DNA of 64,000 nucleotides from positions 49,719 through 113,718 of the forward strand of contig CAKZTZ010000007.1 in NCBI GenBank assembly GCA_937921695.1, given 5' to 3'. A program made the position numbers and the translations under genes. Source of the stretch: an uncultured Sulfolobales archaeon. GTDB lineage: Archaea; Thermoproteota; Thermoprotei_A; Sulfolobales; Acidilobaceae. Of the stretch, positions 29,516 to 38,623 are shown piece after piece. The number at the start of each line of letters is the position of its first letter. Position 1 is the stretch's first letter. The notes below the pieces were generated by a model that saw only the letters and a list, made by a program, of their open reading frames with translations, was not told where the DNA came from and searched no databases.

Positions 29516-30787
29516 GTGCTTTGTTTGAGCTCTATAGAAGGGTTTAAGTCTCTAACTAGCATAGAGGAAGTTTTAAGGGAAGCCGGGAACCTGTTGACTC
29601 ACAAGCCTTCTATGATTAAAGTTCACATAGGGGAAGCTTTAGGTAGGTATCTTGCAGAAGACATTATAGCCCCCTTCAACCTGCCCCCCCATAATAGGTC
29701 TGTCGTAGACGGTTATGCTGTGAGGAGCAAGGACACTTTCGGGGCCTCCCCTTCAAACCCTGTGATCCTTAAGGTGAAAGGTTTCGTTAGGGTAGGCGAG
29801 AACCTTGGCTTAGAAGTTGGGGAAGGCGAGGCTGTAGAGTTGTCGACCGGGGCTCCCATGCCTAAAGGTGCAGACTCTGTCGTTATGTATGAGAAAGCTA
29901 GGAGGGTCGGGGATTTTATCGAGGTTCTAGAGCCTGTGCCCCCCATGGCTAACGTCTCTAGGGTCGGGGAGGATGTTAGGGAGGGTGAGAGGATCCTAGC
30001 TAGGGGTGTTAGGCTAGCCCCCTGGGATATAGCTGTTCTCGCCTCCCTGGGTTATAAGAGTGTTAGGGTTTACAATGTTAATGTAGCTCTTATTAGTACT
30101 GGGAGCGAGCTCGTTGAGCTTGAAAACGTTGAGGATGCTAGGGGGGCTCTAGAAAGTGGTCTTGTTATTAACAGTAACAGGTATAGTATGGAGGGGCTCC
30201 TTAGGGATAACGGTTTTAACCCACACTATCTCGGCATAGTCCCGGATGATTTTGAAGCTATTAGAAACGTTATTATAAAGGCTTTGGAGAGCTATGACGC
30301 GGTAATAACCATGGGCGGGGCTTCTGTGGGTAAGCCCGACTATACCGTTAAAGCTGTCAAATCGCTAAACCCAGATTATCTCGCCCACGGTATCTTAATG
30401 AGGCCCGGGAGGGCTAACAGCCTCGCCGTAGTTGGGGGGAAGCCTGTGTTTATGCTGAGCGGGTTCCCCGTAGCTTCTATAGTTGGTTTTGAAGCCATAG
30501 CTAAGCCCCTACTACTCAGGATGGTTGGGGGGGTTGAGGAGCCTAAGCCTTTAGTTAAGGGGGTTTTAACGAGGAGGGTTAACACCCCCATCAATGTTAG
30601 GAGCTACGTTAGGGTTAAAGTATATAGGAGGAACGGGGAGGTCTATGTGGAGCCCCTAGCTTTAACAGGGAGCGGGATTCTAAGCACACTAGTCAGGGGT
30701 AATGGTATTTTAATAGTCCCCGAGAACAGGGAGGGTTATGATGAGGGTGACGTTGTCGAGGTCATCTTATTAAGGAGTATAGAGTGA
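29516..30787 (+). CDS. moeA: Molybdopterin molybdenum/tungsten transferase MoeA
   Basis: RSVVDGYAVR, ISTGSELVE and MGGASVGKPDY, 423 aa. Confidence 0.85.
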   Translation: MLCLSSIEGFKSLTSIEEVLREAGNLLTHKPSMIKVHIGEALGRYLAEDIIAPFNLPPHNRSVVDGYAVRSKDTFGASPSNPVILKVKGFVRVGENLGLEVGEGEAVELSTGAPMPKGADSVVMYEKARRVGDFIEVLEPVPPMANVSRVGEDVREGERILARGVRLAPWDIAVLASLGYKSVRVYNVNVALISTGSELVELENVEDARGALESGLVINSNRYSMEGLLRDNGFNPHYLGIVPDDFEAIRNVIIKALESYDAVITMGGASVGKPDYTVKAVKSLNPDYLAHGILMRPGRANSLAVVGGKPVFMLSGFPVASIVGFEAIAKPLLLRMVGGVEEPKPLVKGVLTRRVNTPINVRSYVRVKVYRRNGEVYVEPLALTGSGILSTLVRGNGILIVPENREGYDEGDVVEVILLRSIE

Positions 30788-30788
30788 G

Positions 30789-31538
30789 GTGCCGGGGTTG
30801 AACAGCCTCTTAGAGGGGTTTAGATTAGTAGAGTTAAAGGCTAGCTATTATGTTTCAGAAGGACTCCCACCCATGCCTTATGATTCTAGCTTTAAAGTTA
30901 ACGTTAACGGAGTATTCTACACAGACCTTGCAGCCTCGCCAGACTACATAGAGGACTCTATAGTGGGGCTACTAGCGGGTAACAACGCTATAAAGTCTAA
31001 GGGTGACATAATAAGCTTGAACATAGATAGAGAATCTAACACTATTGACGTTAAAATAGCTGGGGAAGTAGCTCCGAGGAGGCTTTTCATAGACGACTGT
31101 ATAGCCCTAGCTTCCCGAGGCTCTAAGGTGAAACCGGGTTTCAAGCTTGAGAGAGAGATACTAGACGCTCTCGTTGAAGATTTCGAGTCTAGGGGTAGGG
31201 GCTTCCAGGGCCTCCAAGCCACAGGGCTATACTCTAAAGATGATAAGGTTGCAATTATAGCTTTCGATGTGAGCCGTTACGTTTCAACGTGTAAAGCCAT
31301 AGGGAGGGCTCTCAGGGAAGATTTAAACCTCAAATCTTCAATAGCCATAGCTACAGGTAGGGCTACTGGGGATCTTGTAGCTTTACTGGCTAACGTGGGG
31401 GTCCCTGTTGTGATCGTTTCGAAGGGGCCTGTATACAGTGGCTTCGCAATGGCAGCCCTTCTAGGGGTTACACTCATAATCTATAGGAGGCTTGGAGAGT
31501 TCACTGTTCTAACATACCCTGAGAGGGTTGTGGGGTGA
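30789..31538 (+). CDS. fdhD: FdhD-family (molybdo/tungstopterin sulfurtransferase-like) protein, without the canonical Cys pair
   Basis: The N-terminal pattern FKVNVNGVFYTDLAASPDYIEDSIVGLLAGNNAIKS and the C-terminal ATGRATGDLVALLANVGVPVVIVSKGPVYSGFAMAALLGVTLI resemble FdhD. Only one Cys (FIDDCIALASRG) sits where the CxxC loop is expected. Confidence 0.5.
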   Translation: MPGLNSLLEGFRLVELKASYYVSEGLPPMPYDSSFKVNVNGVFYTDLAASPDYIEDSIVGLLAGNNAIKSKGDIISLNIDRESNTIDVKIAGEVAPRRLFIDDCIALASRGSKVKPGFKLEREILDALVEDFESRGRGFQGLQATGLYSKDDKVAIIAFDVSRYVSTCKAIGRALREDLNLKSSIAIATGRATGDLVALLANVGVPVVIVSKGPVYSGFAMAALLGVTLIIYRRLGEFTVLTYPERVVG

Positions 31539-33517
31539 CGGTATTGTCTAAGCGTGAGAGAGTTATTTATCATGAGCTTCTAACTCCTGAGGAGGGCTTA
31601 GCTAAGATACTTAAACATTTAGACGTTAAGCCTGTAGGCGTAGAGGAGGTTGACATATCTGAAGCTTATGGGAGAGTGTTAGCTGAAGACGTTTACTCCC
31701 CGGTTGATGTGCCCCCCTTCGACAGGTCTACTGTAGATGGTTACGCTGTGAGAGCTGAGGATCTCTATGGTGTCGACGAGTTGAACCCTGGGAGGCTCAG
31801 GGTCGTGGGCTCTGTGAAGCCCGGGGATAAGCCTGGGGGAGGTTTGAATCCTGGAGAGGCTATAGAGATTTCGACTGGAGCCCCCCTTCCAGGAGGGTCT
31901 AACGCTGTTGTTATGGTTGAGTATACTAAGCATGAAGGCGACTCTATCATAGTATATAGGTCTGTAGTTCCCGGGGAGAACGTTGTGAGCGCCGGCTCAG
32001 ACATAATGATGGGGGAGCTCGTCCTGAGGAGGTGCACAGTGCTCAGGGAGAGGGAGATAGGGGTCCTTGCAGCTGTGGGGCTCAGGAGGGTTAAAGTATA
32101 CGTTAAGCCCAGGGTAGCTGTAATATCGACGGGGGACGAGCTGGCGCCCCCAGGGGGCTCCTTGGAGCCTGGCATGATATACGATATTAACAGTTATAGT
32201 ATTGCAGCCTCCCTTAAAAGTCTCGGGGCAGACCCTGTAATACTTGGTATTGTGAGGGACGATCCCGGGGCTATGTCTAAGATTATTAGTGATGCTGAGG
32301 GAAGATATGACCTAGTCATAGTCTCCGGGGGTACTTCTGCGGGCCCCACAGATCTCGTGTATAGAGTTCTAGATAGTTTAGGGCCCCCGGGGACTATAGT
32401 CCACGGCCTCAAAGTTAAGCCTGGAAAACCTACTGTAGTAACAGTTTCTAGGAGTGGAAAGCTGATTATAGGGCTCCCAGGATATCCGGGCTCCGCGCTC
32501 ATGATATTCAACTTGATAGTTAAACCGTTAATATCTAGAATGCTATGCCTCCACACTCCAGAGCCCAAGGTTAAAGCCAGGCTAGCGGTGAGGGTTGAAG
32601 GAGCTAGGGGTAGGAGGGGCCTCCACCCTGTCAGCTTAATAGACACGGGAGCCGGCATAGTAGCTTATCCAATGCCCGCAGAGTCTGGAGCTATAAAGAG
32701 CCTAGCATACTCAGACGGCTTCATAGCGGTGCCTGAAACAGTGGAATATCTGGGTGAAGGGGAGACTGTGGAGGTCACGCTTTTCTCTAGCGAGTATAAG
32801 CCTGCAGACCTTTACATAGTTGGCAGCCACGATGTGGGGCTCGACAAGTTGATCCCCCTCACCGGCTTAAACGTTAAAGTCATAAACGTCGGCTCCCTGG
32901 AGGGGCTTAAAGCTGCTGCGAGAGGGGAGTCAGATATATCCGGGGTGCACTTAGTCGATGAGGAGACGGGGGAATATAACATACCATACCTTATAAGGTA
33001 TAATGTTAAGGGAGCTACCCTAATAAGAGGATATATGAGAGAGCAGGGCCTCATAGTATCTAAAGGCAACCCATATGGAGTTAGAGGGTTGGAAGACGTT
33101 CTAGACAAGAAGTTATGCATTGTCAACAGGAACAAAGGGTCTGGAACAAGAGCACTACTAGACTTGAAACTCAAGGAAATAGCCGTTGCCAGGGGCTTAA
33201 CCTTCGAGGAGATAACAGACTCCATCAAAGGATACTATTATGAAGTGAGGACACACACAGCAGTAGCGGCCGCAATAGCCCAAGGCAAGGCGGACGCAGG
33301 CCTAGGAATAAGGCTCGCAGCATCCCTCTACAACCTAGAATTCATAAGCCTAGGCTGGGAGCTCTACGACTTCCTAATACCTAAAACTAAACTAGACAAA
33401 GAGCCTGTCAAGAAATTCCTCGAAACCATTACAAGCGAAGAGTTCAAAAGAGAACTCTCAAAACTCCCAGGATACAGAATTCCAACAGACATGGGTAAAC
33501 CGGTATGGATAAGTTAA
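31535..33517 (+). CDS. moeA: MoeA fused to a C-terminal periplasmic-binding-protein-like (molybdate/tungstate-binding type) domain
   Basis: The first ~410 aa have the MoeA motifs RSTVDGYAVRAEDL, ISTGDELAPPG and VSGGTSAGPTD. The extra ~240-aa C-terminal domain (IVGSHDVGLDKL...NRNKGSGTR...) is PBP-like. Confidence 0.8.
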   Translation: MTVLSKRERVIYHELLTPEEGLAKILKHLDVKPVGVEEVDISEAYGRVLAEDVYSPVDVPPFDRSTVDGYAVRAEDLYGVDELNPGRLRVVGSVKPGDKPGGGLNPGEAIEISTGAPLPGGSNAVVMVEYTKHEGDSIIVYRSVVPGENVVSAGSDIMMGELVLRRCTVLREREIGVLAAVGLRRVKVYVKPRVAVISTGDELAPPGGSLEPGMIYDINSYSIAASLKSLGADPVILGIVRDDPGAMSKIISDAEGRYDLVIVSGGTSAGPTDLVYRVLDSLGPPGTIVHGLKVKPGKPTVVTVSRSGKLIIGLPGYPGSALMIFNLIVKPLISRMLCLHTPEPKVKARLAVRVEGARGRRGLHPVSLIDTGAGIVAYPMPAESGAIKSLAYSDGFIAVPETVEYLGEGETVEVTLFSSEYKPADLYIVGSHDVGLDKLIPLTGLNVKVINVGSLEGLKAAARGESDISGVHLVDEETGEYNIPYLIRYNVKGATLIRGYMREQGLIVSKGNPYGVRGLEDVLDKKLCIVNRNKGSGTRALLDLKLKEIAVARGLTFEEITDSIKGYYYEVRTHTAVAAAIAQGKADAGLGIRLAASLYNLEFISLGWELYDFLIPKTKLDKEPVKKFLETITSEEFKRELSKLPGYRIPTDMGKPVWIS

Positions 33518-33780
33518 AGTTCCCATAACATTTCAAATCAACCCCAGCAAGCCCCCACACCTTAGTGGGACCATAAGTGTTTCCCGCTTAAAATTTACTA
33601 AGGCTGGATTGAAATTAACAAGACCCGGACCCTCGGAAGCCGAGCACTCTAGGAAGAGCCGGGGCTGGCCCTCGACGAACCCGGGGAGATGAGTGTAAAT
33701 TGTCTCCAGCAGTAATAGAAGCTACTTATTACTAGGAGGCCTGAACCTCTAGGCCTATTAGCCTGGAGGGCTTTTGATGT

Positions 33781-34062
33781 TTAGCTTACGCTATATAGGG
33801 TTAATCCCCCGCCTGCGGGTGGGAACACGTCGATCAGGCTGTCTTTTTCCACTATGGTGTTTAGGCCGTTTAAGAGTCTATAGTTGTGTCCATTAATTAA
33901 TATAACGTAATTCTCAAGCCCCGTCTCTACTAGTGTTTTCCAGAGTTCCGGTATGCCCTCTAATAGTTCTGAGAGTTTAACGTCCTTTTCCGTATCGACT
34001 TCTTTAACGTTCCAGCCTAGTTTCTCTCTCAGGGTGGCGTAGATTCTAATTTTTATAGTCAA
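33781..34062 (-). CDS. moaD: MoaD/ThiS/SAMP-like beta-grasp sulfur-carrier protein with residues beyond the Gly-Gly
   Basis: 93 aa. It has a beta-grasp-like pattern and ends ...IDVFPPAGGGLTLYSVS, so the GG is internal. It is divergent from aor. Confidence 0.7.
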   Translation of the reverse strand: MTIKIRIYATLREKLGWNVKEVDTEKDVKLSELLEGIPELWKTLVETGLENYVILINGHNYRLLNGLNTIVEKDSLIDVFPPAGGGLTLYSVS

Positions 34063-34161
34063 CGCTATTCCTCCTCCTAGTATTGTTGATTCTGTTAGAC
34101 TTAAAAATTATAGGTATAGAAGGTGCTATGGGAGCATAAAGATTTATTAATACCCTCGAGC

Positions 34162-34171
34162 TAAAAATATA
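34162..34171 (+). promoter_or_regulatory. TATA-like box (taaaaatata) about 24 nt upstream of the ATG at 34190 of aor
   Basis: An A/T-rich decamer at promoter distance from the most plausible aor start (MPGGYMGRIIRVDLT). Confidence 0.3.
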
Positions 34172-36079
34172 GTGAGTAAGGTGAGTTTGATGCCTGGAGG
34201 TTATATGGGCCGCATTATAAGAGTTGACTTGACTAATCAGAAAGTTCATTTTGAAGAGCTTCCAGAGGATGTTCTCAAAACGTGGGTCGGCGGTAGGGGT
34301 CTTGGAGTCTACATTATGCTTAAAGAGGTTAACCCTAAGGTCGACCCGCTAAGCCCCGGGAACAAGGCTATAGTAGCTACTGGGCCTCTCACAGGGGTTC
34401 CGGGTCTCGTGGCCCCCGGTAGGTGGGCTTCCATAACCAAGTCCCCTCTAACTAACACTATACACGATTCCCATAGCGGCGGCAAGTTCGGGCCTGAGCT
34501 TAAGTTCGCTGGTTTCGATGCTGTCATAATAGAGGGTGCTAGTGAGAAGCCTGTTTACTTATGGGTTTACGATGGTAAAGCCGAGCTTAGGGATGCTAAG
34601 CACCTGTGGGGTAGGGATGTTTGGGATACTACTGATACTATTAAGGAGGAAATGGCTCCAGCCATAGGGAGGGATGACGCTGAGGACATTAAAGTCGCCG
34701 CTATAGGGCCGGCGGGCGAAAATCTCTCTAAAATAGCTGCGCTAATAAATGATAAAGCTAGAGCTGCAGGGAGGGGAGGCCATGGGGCCGTATGGGGCTC
34801 CAAGAAGTTTAAAGCTATAGCTGCCAGGGGGCACATGAAACCTAAAGCAGCTAAGGAAGACATGTATAGAGAGGTCGTCAGCAAATCAATAGGAATGGCT
34901 AGAAAATCCCCCATAACCTCTGAGGCTCTTCCAAAGTATGGCACTGCTGTTTTAGTTAATGTTATAAATGCTCACGGCGCCTACCCCACCAGGAACTTCC
35001 AGACTGGAGTCTTCCCAACAGCCGATAAGACAGGCGGGGAAACAATAGCCCGTGAAATACTAGATGAGAAGCTGCAAAAAGAAGAGATATGCTGGGGCTG
35101 TGTAATAGGATGCTCTAGAGGCACGAGAATCACAAAGCCCCCCTTCACCGGCGAGGGGGGAGGTCCTGAATATGAGACCGTGTGGTCTTTCGGAGCCCAG
35201 ACTGGAACTGACGATTTAGCAGCAATCACTAAAGCTCATTACTTAACTAATCAAGTGGGTGTAGACGCTATATCTATGGGTCACGTGATTGGGACTCTAA
35301 TGGAGCTTGTAGAGAAAGGCAAAGTTTCGAAAGAGAAGCTTAGGGGTCTTAAAGTTGAGTGGGGTAACGGTGAGGTCCTAGTTGAGTTAACGTGGAGGAC
35401 AGCGTACAGGTCTGGCATAGGTGATGATCTCGCCGAGGGCGCCTTAAGGCTTGCAACCAAGTATGGGGCCCCAGAGCTGGCAATGGTGGTGAGGGGGCAG
35501 GAGCTTCCAGCATATGATCCTAGGGGGGCTAAGGGTCACGGCTTAGCGTACGCTACTAGCAACAGGGGAGGCTGCCACTTAAGAGCTTACATAATAGCTC
35601 CCGAGATCCTGGGAGTCCCGGAGCTAATAGACAGGTTCTCCCCGGTGGGTAAAGGCAAATGGGTTAAACTCTTCCAGGACGTCTTCGCAACCCTAGACAG
35701 CCTTGTTGTATGTAAGTTCGTCACTTTCGCCTATTGGAGTGATGTTCTAGCAGAGCAGCTTTCCGCAGTCACCGGGTGGGACGTGTCTCAGGCGGAGTTT
35801 GAGACTATAGGAGAAAGAATATACAATGCTGAGAGAGCCTTCAACGTGCTAGCTTTCGGTGACGGCGAAGATTATGACACGCTACCTAAGAGGCTTCTAG
35901 AAGAGCCTATGCCTGAGGGCCCAGCTAAAGGCCATGTTGTAGAGCTGAAACCAATGCTAGAAGAATACTACAAGGTTAGAGGCTGGATTAAAGGGAGGCC
36001 AACAAGAGAGACTCTAGAAAAACTAGGACTTAAATGGGTAGCCGACAGGCTCGAAGCTGAAGGACTACTCCCAGCTTAA
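34172..36079 (+). CDS. aor: Tungsten-containing aldehyde:ferredoxin oxidoreductase (AOR family)
   Basis: GRIIRVDLT start, GGRGLGVYIM, the cluster motif CWGCVIGCSR, and ELPAYDPRGAKGHGLAYATSNRGGCHLRAY. The likely true start is the ATG at 34190. Confidence 0.9.
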   Translation: MSKVSLMPGGYMGRIIRVDLTNQKVHFEELPEDVLKTWVGGRGLGVYIMLKEVNPKVDPLSPGNKAIVATGPLTGVPGLVAPGRWASITKSPLTNTIHDSHSGGKFGPELKFAGFDAVIIEGASEKPVYLWVYDGKAELRDAKHLWGRDVWDTTDTIKEEMAPAIGRDDAEDIKVAAIGPAGENLSKIAALINDKARAAGRGGHGAVWGSKKFKAIAARGHMKPKAAKEDMYREVVSKSIGMARKSPITSEALPKYGTAVLVNVINAHGAYPTRNFQTGVFPTADKTGGETIAREILDEKLQKEEICWGCVIGCSRGTRITKPPFTGEGGGPEYETVWSFGAQTGTDDLAAITKAHYLTNQVGVDAISMGHVIGTLMELVEKGKVSKEKLRGLKVEWGNGEVLVELTWRTAYRSGIGDDLAEGALRLATKYGAPELAMVVRGQELPAYDPRGAKGHGLAYATSNRGGCHLRAYIIAPEILGVPELIDRFSPVGKGKWVKLFQDVFATLDSLVVCKFVTFAYWSDVLAEQLSAVTGWDVSQAEFETIGERIYNAERAFNVLAFGDGEDYDTLPKRLLEEPMPEGPAKGHVVELKPMLEEYYKVRGWIKGRPTRETLEKLGLKWVADRLEAEGLLPA

Positions 36080-36189
36080 AGCCTGAGCTGCTTTAATATT
36101 CAAAATCTTTTTCTCTCATCTTCTCTTAAACCCAGTCACGCTCGAAGTAAGAGCTAGTGTTAACCTCAACTAGGGGATCTAATCTTATT

Positions 36190-37296
36190 TTAGATGGGAC
36201 AGTATGAGAGCCTATGTAGGTAGGGGCAGTGAGCGCATGAGGGGGAGTTTCCGTGGCAGTCGTATTCATTGGAGAGTGTTAGGTGGCAGTAGTTTTGGAG
36301 CTCACAGTCTAGGCATGAGGGTATTGCTGTTAAGTATAGCATGAAGAGTGTCCTGAAATGCCTCCTCCAAATGTTTTCTAGGCTCTCTTTCTCTAAGTCT
36401 CCTATTACTACTTCTCTTACTGTGCGGGGGACATTGTTTACTATGGTGGTCCACGTTCTAGAATAGTAGAGGCATGGGGATATTTTACCATCACATCTCA
36501 CGTATAGGGCTTTGTTTGAGGCGAAGGGGCATGACCTGTGTGATGAGGGGTTTACGTTAGGCTTGGATATTTTAATCCCTGACTCCATTGATCTCACCCC
36601 TATGTATTCAATTTGCTTCCCGACTTTGAGCCTACATTCGGGGTCTCCTACGCAGTCTATAGTTGTGTCTCCCCCGATGTATGGTATGTAGTAGCTGAGG
36701 ATGATTTCCATAATGTTTAGGGCTCTAGCGTAATCGAATATGCTCGAGATCTCGTTGATGTTAAGCTTGTTTATGGTGAATATAGCTTTCACTACGGGTT
36801 TGAGGGAGCCCTTCTCGCTTTTAGCTTTAGAGAGGGCTATTAAACCCCTAGTTACGGCTGTGAGGCTGCCCCGCTTCCTTATCATGCTATATAGTTTAAC
36901 GTCGAAAGCGTCTATACTAACGTAGAGCTCGTCAACACCAATATCCACTATAGCTTTAGACATGCTCTCAAGCGTTGAACCGTTAGTGTTTAAAGCAACC
37001 TCAAAACCCCTAGCCTTAGCCTTCGAAAGGAAACCCAGTATGTTAGGGTTAACTGTAGGCTCCCCCCACCCTGTGAACATAAGCCTCTTCACCCCCAGAC
37101 GCTCAGCCTCCTCCAAGACCCTCTCGTAAAGAGAGGAACTCATGATACAGTTCATGTTAAAACTCCTAGCACCATACCTGAAACAATGTATACAAGAATA
37201 GTTGCATGCAGTGGAAACCTCTATAACCAGCTCCTTCGGCCTAGAATCCCCCCTCATACTCACAGTCCAGTCACTAAATACTAAAGAATCACCCAT
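36190..37296 (-). CDS. Radical SAM protein with a Cys-rich SPASM-like C-terminus; likely AOR/tungsten-cofactor maturase (Cmo-like)
   Basis: CxxxCxxC in STACNYSCIHCF. The C-terminal Cys clusters are CLDCELQNYCHL...CHGNSPSCAHCPY. The gene is adjacent to aor. Confidence 0.75.
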   Translation of the reverse strand: MGDSLVFSDWTVSMRGDSRPKELVIEVSTACNYSCIHCFRYGARSFNMNCIMSSSLYERVLEEAERLGVKRLMFTGWGEPTVNPNILGFLSKAKARGFEVALNTNGSTLESMSKAIVDIGVDELYVSIDAFDVKLYSMIRKRGSLTAVTRGLIALSKAKSEKGSLKPVVKAIFTINKLNINEISSIFDYARALNIMEIILSYYIPYIGGDTTIDCVGDPECRLKVGKQIEYIGVRSMESGIKISKPNVNPSSHRSCPFASNKALYVRCDGKISPCLYYSRTWTTIVNNVPRTVREVVIGDLEKESLENIWRRHFRTLFMLYLTAIPSCLDCELQNYCHLTLSNEYDCHGNSPSCAHCPYLHRLSYCPI

Positions 37297-37519
37297 ATAG
37301 AAAAACCCTCCACCTTATACTAGAACAGCAACTAATAAACTTGAACCTTAAAATATTAGGTTTCAGTTATGAAAACGCGAGCTAGCTCACAGCTCGACTG
37401 GGAGGCATGCTAGCAAACCCTAGTTCCTGGGAGGACCTCCATGTTAACGTTAAAGCATGCATCATAAAGTAATCTTTATAATTTTAAACTCGTAAAAGAT
37501 ATCTAGGGGGTCGACCTGA

Positions 37520-38122
37520 TTGAATACTAGGATCCTAGTAGTTATTGTGCTGATTCTCGCCATAATATTCTTGAGCATTAGTTTAATAGTGGAATACTAT
37601 TTCAGGGAGGTTATAGAGAGCTTGCTAGGCGCTTCTCACGGGGTAGAAGCTCACGCTAGATGCTACTCTTCAGAGTTAGGGTATAGGGAGAGGATCGGCG
37701 AGCCTCCAGTGCCTCTTAAAGCGAGCACAGTCATGATAGACGTGTGGAAACACTTCGATGGAGCCCTAGTAATTAACAAGGTTCGCGTAGATACGGGGGC
37801 GGGCCCTATAGAAGTCCCGATTACCGTATCAATTCCTGAAGGGATTCCTCCCCTCATAGTCCTGGGGACTGGGCATGCTGAAGTGGGCTACACTTCCGTG
37901 AGGGTTACAACTTATTTTGGGTCGGGAAACACGTTGTGGGGCAATGAAGGGTCGATACGAGTCTCTATAGAGGAGCCTATTGAAAGCCCTGAAAGCTTTT
38001 CGCACGTTAAAGATTACACTATAACACTATATTTCCAGAAACTGCATAGAGGAGCGTTCGATGTAACGTTAAAGGTTAAAGTGACACCCGAAAAACTACC
38101 TAAGTGCTCCCACTGGCCGTAA
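37520..38122 (+). CDS. Hypothetical protein with a single N-terminal TM helix
   Basis: 200 aa with the N-terminal segment ILVVIVLILAIIFLSISLIV. No motif was recognised. Confidence 0.4.
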   Translation: MNTRILVVIVLILAIIFLSISLIVEYYFREVIESLLGASHGVEAHARCYSSELGYRERIGEPPVPLKASTVMIDVWKHFDGALVINKVRVDTGAGPIEVPITVSIPEGIPPLIVLGTGHAEVGYTSVRVTTYFGSGNTLWGNEGSIRVSIEEPIESPESFSHVKDYTITLYFQKLHRGAFDVTLKVKVTPEKLPKCSHWP

Positions 38123-38337
38123 AACTTAAGTGAGAACATTAGACCTAGCCGTTGCCCACACGCCTAGGAGCTCCAAGAAATATAGATGTGCTTTACACGG
38201 CTCATAGAACTTTGAATAGGAGCTTCTACTCTTAGCGTTTAGGGGCCCGCACGCTCCGAGACATGTTAAGGGGTCGACCATACTAGAAGGTTGAAAGCAC
38301 ATAGGCCCGTTTATACTTTGGTTGCTAGCTTAGGCGT

Positions 38338-38601
38338 TTAGAGTGTTTCCAGCGTTTCTAGTAGTTTTTTGAGTTTGAGGGTTTGGGGGTTGTCTAGGTT
38401 TGCCTCGTATATGCGTAGTTTCCCATATCTTCTCTCTATAACTATGTTTGCTGTTTTGAGTTCTTCTAGGTGTTTTTCCACTCTCTTATGGTTTAACCCT
38501 GTTTCTCTCACTATTCTCGAAATGTTGGCTTGCCCGTTTTTGAATAGTATTTTTAGGATTTTCATTTTGCCTTTGCTTGTGAGGAGATCCTCTATCTTCA
38601 C
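38338..38601 (-). CDS. Small winged-helix (ArsR-like) DNA-binding protein
   Basis: 87 aa with KILKILFKNGQANISRIVRETGLNHKRVEKHLEELKTANIV. It lies 22 nt downstream of the orc1/cdc6 gene. Confidence 0.6.
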   Translation of the reverse strand: MKIEDLLTSKGKMKILKILFKNGQANISRIVRETGLNHKRVEKHLEELKTANIVIERRYGKLRIYEANLDNPQTLKLKKLLETLETL

Positions 38602-38623
38602 AGTCCAGCCCTCTGTTTTCCCA

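Noticed and set aside
34046-34249. 67-aa minus-strand ORF between moaD-like and aor
   Set aside because: It spans the divergent promoter region and overlaps both gene starts. It has low-complexity, AT-driven composition.
38101-38337. Replication origin next to orc1/cdc6
   Set aside because: I found only one CCAGTGG-like element and no repeated ORB or mini-ORB set or AT-rich unwinding element. The intergenic regions are short.
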